Notes under the pieces: model-generated | What the model saw: only the letters and a program-made list of their open reading frames with translations | Told to the model about the DNA's origin: nothing | Databases searched by the model: none | Source: Catajapyx aquilonaris | Taxonomy: Eukaryota | NCBI GenBank assembly: GCA_000934665.2 | Contig: JYFJ02000332.1 | Coordinates: 62,001 to 126,000 of the forward strand | Direction: 5' to 3' | DNA: 64,000 bases | Part shown: piece by piece, positions 63,001 through 64,000 of the stretch | Numbering within the stretch: position 1 is the stretch's first letter | Layout: each line of letters starts with the position of its first letter | Position numbers and translations under genes: made by a program

Positions 63001-64000
63001 AACCAAGCTTGTGGTCGGTTTTACGAAAGATGTTATGGTAAAGTGTGCTACCCGAGGAGTAACTGTAGTTCGAAACTTCTGCGCAGAAAGAGATCGATTG
63101 TAAAGGGGGCTTACGAAAAGCCGACAGGTGCTTAACCTATAACATTCACCTACTTTTGAAGCAGCACAGATTACCGACATAAAAGCATCACAACACAACC
63201 TGCAGTTACCTGTTAATGATAATAACCACCATAAAAGTAATTACTGTAAAAGTATGACCGAATATCATGTTACTTCAATCAGACTTAAAGGTTTGGATAG
63301 ATTCGGATTACAACTTTGGCTCGAGTTACCAGAGTTCTAGATAACTGCTGTGTTTTTAAATATTTAATGCCGCTAATCCTCAGCGGAAAGCAAAACTATT
63401 GAATCAATACGTAGTTCATTGGAGACCAGACCTCGACACAAAGAGCCAATGGAAACTCGAACCGATATCTTGATTTACGTGAACTTTTTTGCAATCTTGT
63501 GACCAATGGATGGGAGGAGTTATGTGGCGAGGCATAAGTGGAGAATCAAAATAGTGTCCATACGTGTCTTCTATTGCAAAATATTGCTCCAAATATGGGG
63601 GCCAATAAAATGACGTTTCGCAGATTGGCACACAAGTTCTGCATGCGACAGTTTCCTTTTCTCGACCTGCAGGGGTATACCCTTGACACGAAAATTCAGG
63701 TCCAGTTCACAGAAAAGGTCGAAATGGCGGGATTTCCTCCTAAAGTTGACTAATCCTTTTATACGACGTCATAACCGCAATATCTAAGGTTGTAAAATGC
63801 ACCTAGGCTTATTAATATTACGGCGCAGAATCTAAAATTAGATGCAAAAACCTGGTCCAGCATAGCACCTACAAACCTACTCTTTCCTTCCATATAATGT
63901 TGACTGAAATCCGACATGCAATCTTATGTAAAAGTAAAACTATAGAACCCCCATTTCCATTTTGGGGGTTTGAGAGTGACAAAATGGGTCTTTCAACCTC

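Noticed and set aside
1..64000. CRISPR arrays, operons, rRNA or true tRNA genes
   Set aside because: None seen; the window is eukaryotic intron-containing DNA with no repeat-spacer array.

Overview
Eukaryotic genomic DNA with spliceosomal GT-AG introns, from an arthropod and most likely an insect. The ORF track is mostly noise because the real genes are split, so I assembled exons by hand. 1-27 kb is largely non-coding: one probable first coding exon of a minus-strand gene that runs off the left edge (6.06-6.24 kb), two tRNA-derived SINEs (one with an 18-bp TSD, one with a V-SINE-like core), a (CT)n microsatellite and a perfect 49-bp palindrome. 27.7-41.7 kb holds the tandem group I chitin deacetylase pair: CDA1/serpentine-like (catalytic motifs intact) and CDA2/vermiform-like (metal ligands lost, two mutually exclusive chitin-binding-domain exons surrounded by candidate RNA pairings). 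42.9-54.0 kb is a tightly interlocked, CpG-depleted housekeeping block: phosphatidylserine synthase (-) head-to-head with mTERF3 (+), mTERF3 tail-to-tail with ERGIC3 (-), and a complete Romo1/Mgr2 gene (+, missed by the ORF track) nested in ERGIC3 intron 5. Introns carry a Sola-like MITE and a fold-back Tc1/mariner derivative. 54.5-64 kb shows no supportable coding gene. Gene names come from my recognition of the translated sequences, not from database searches.
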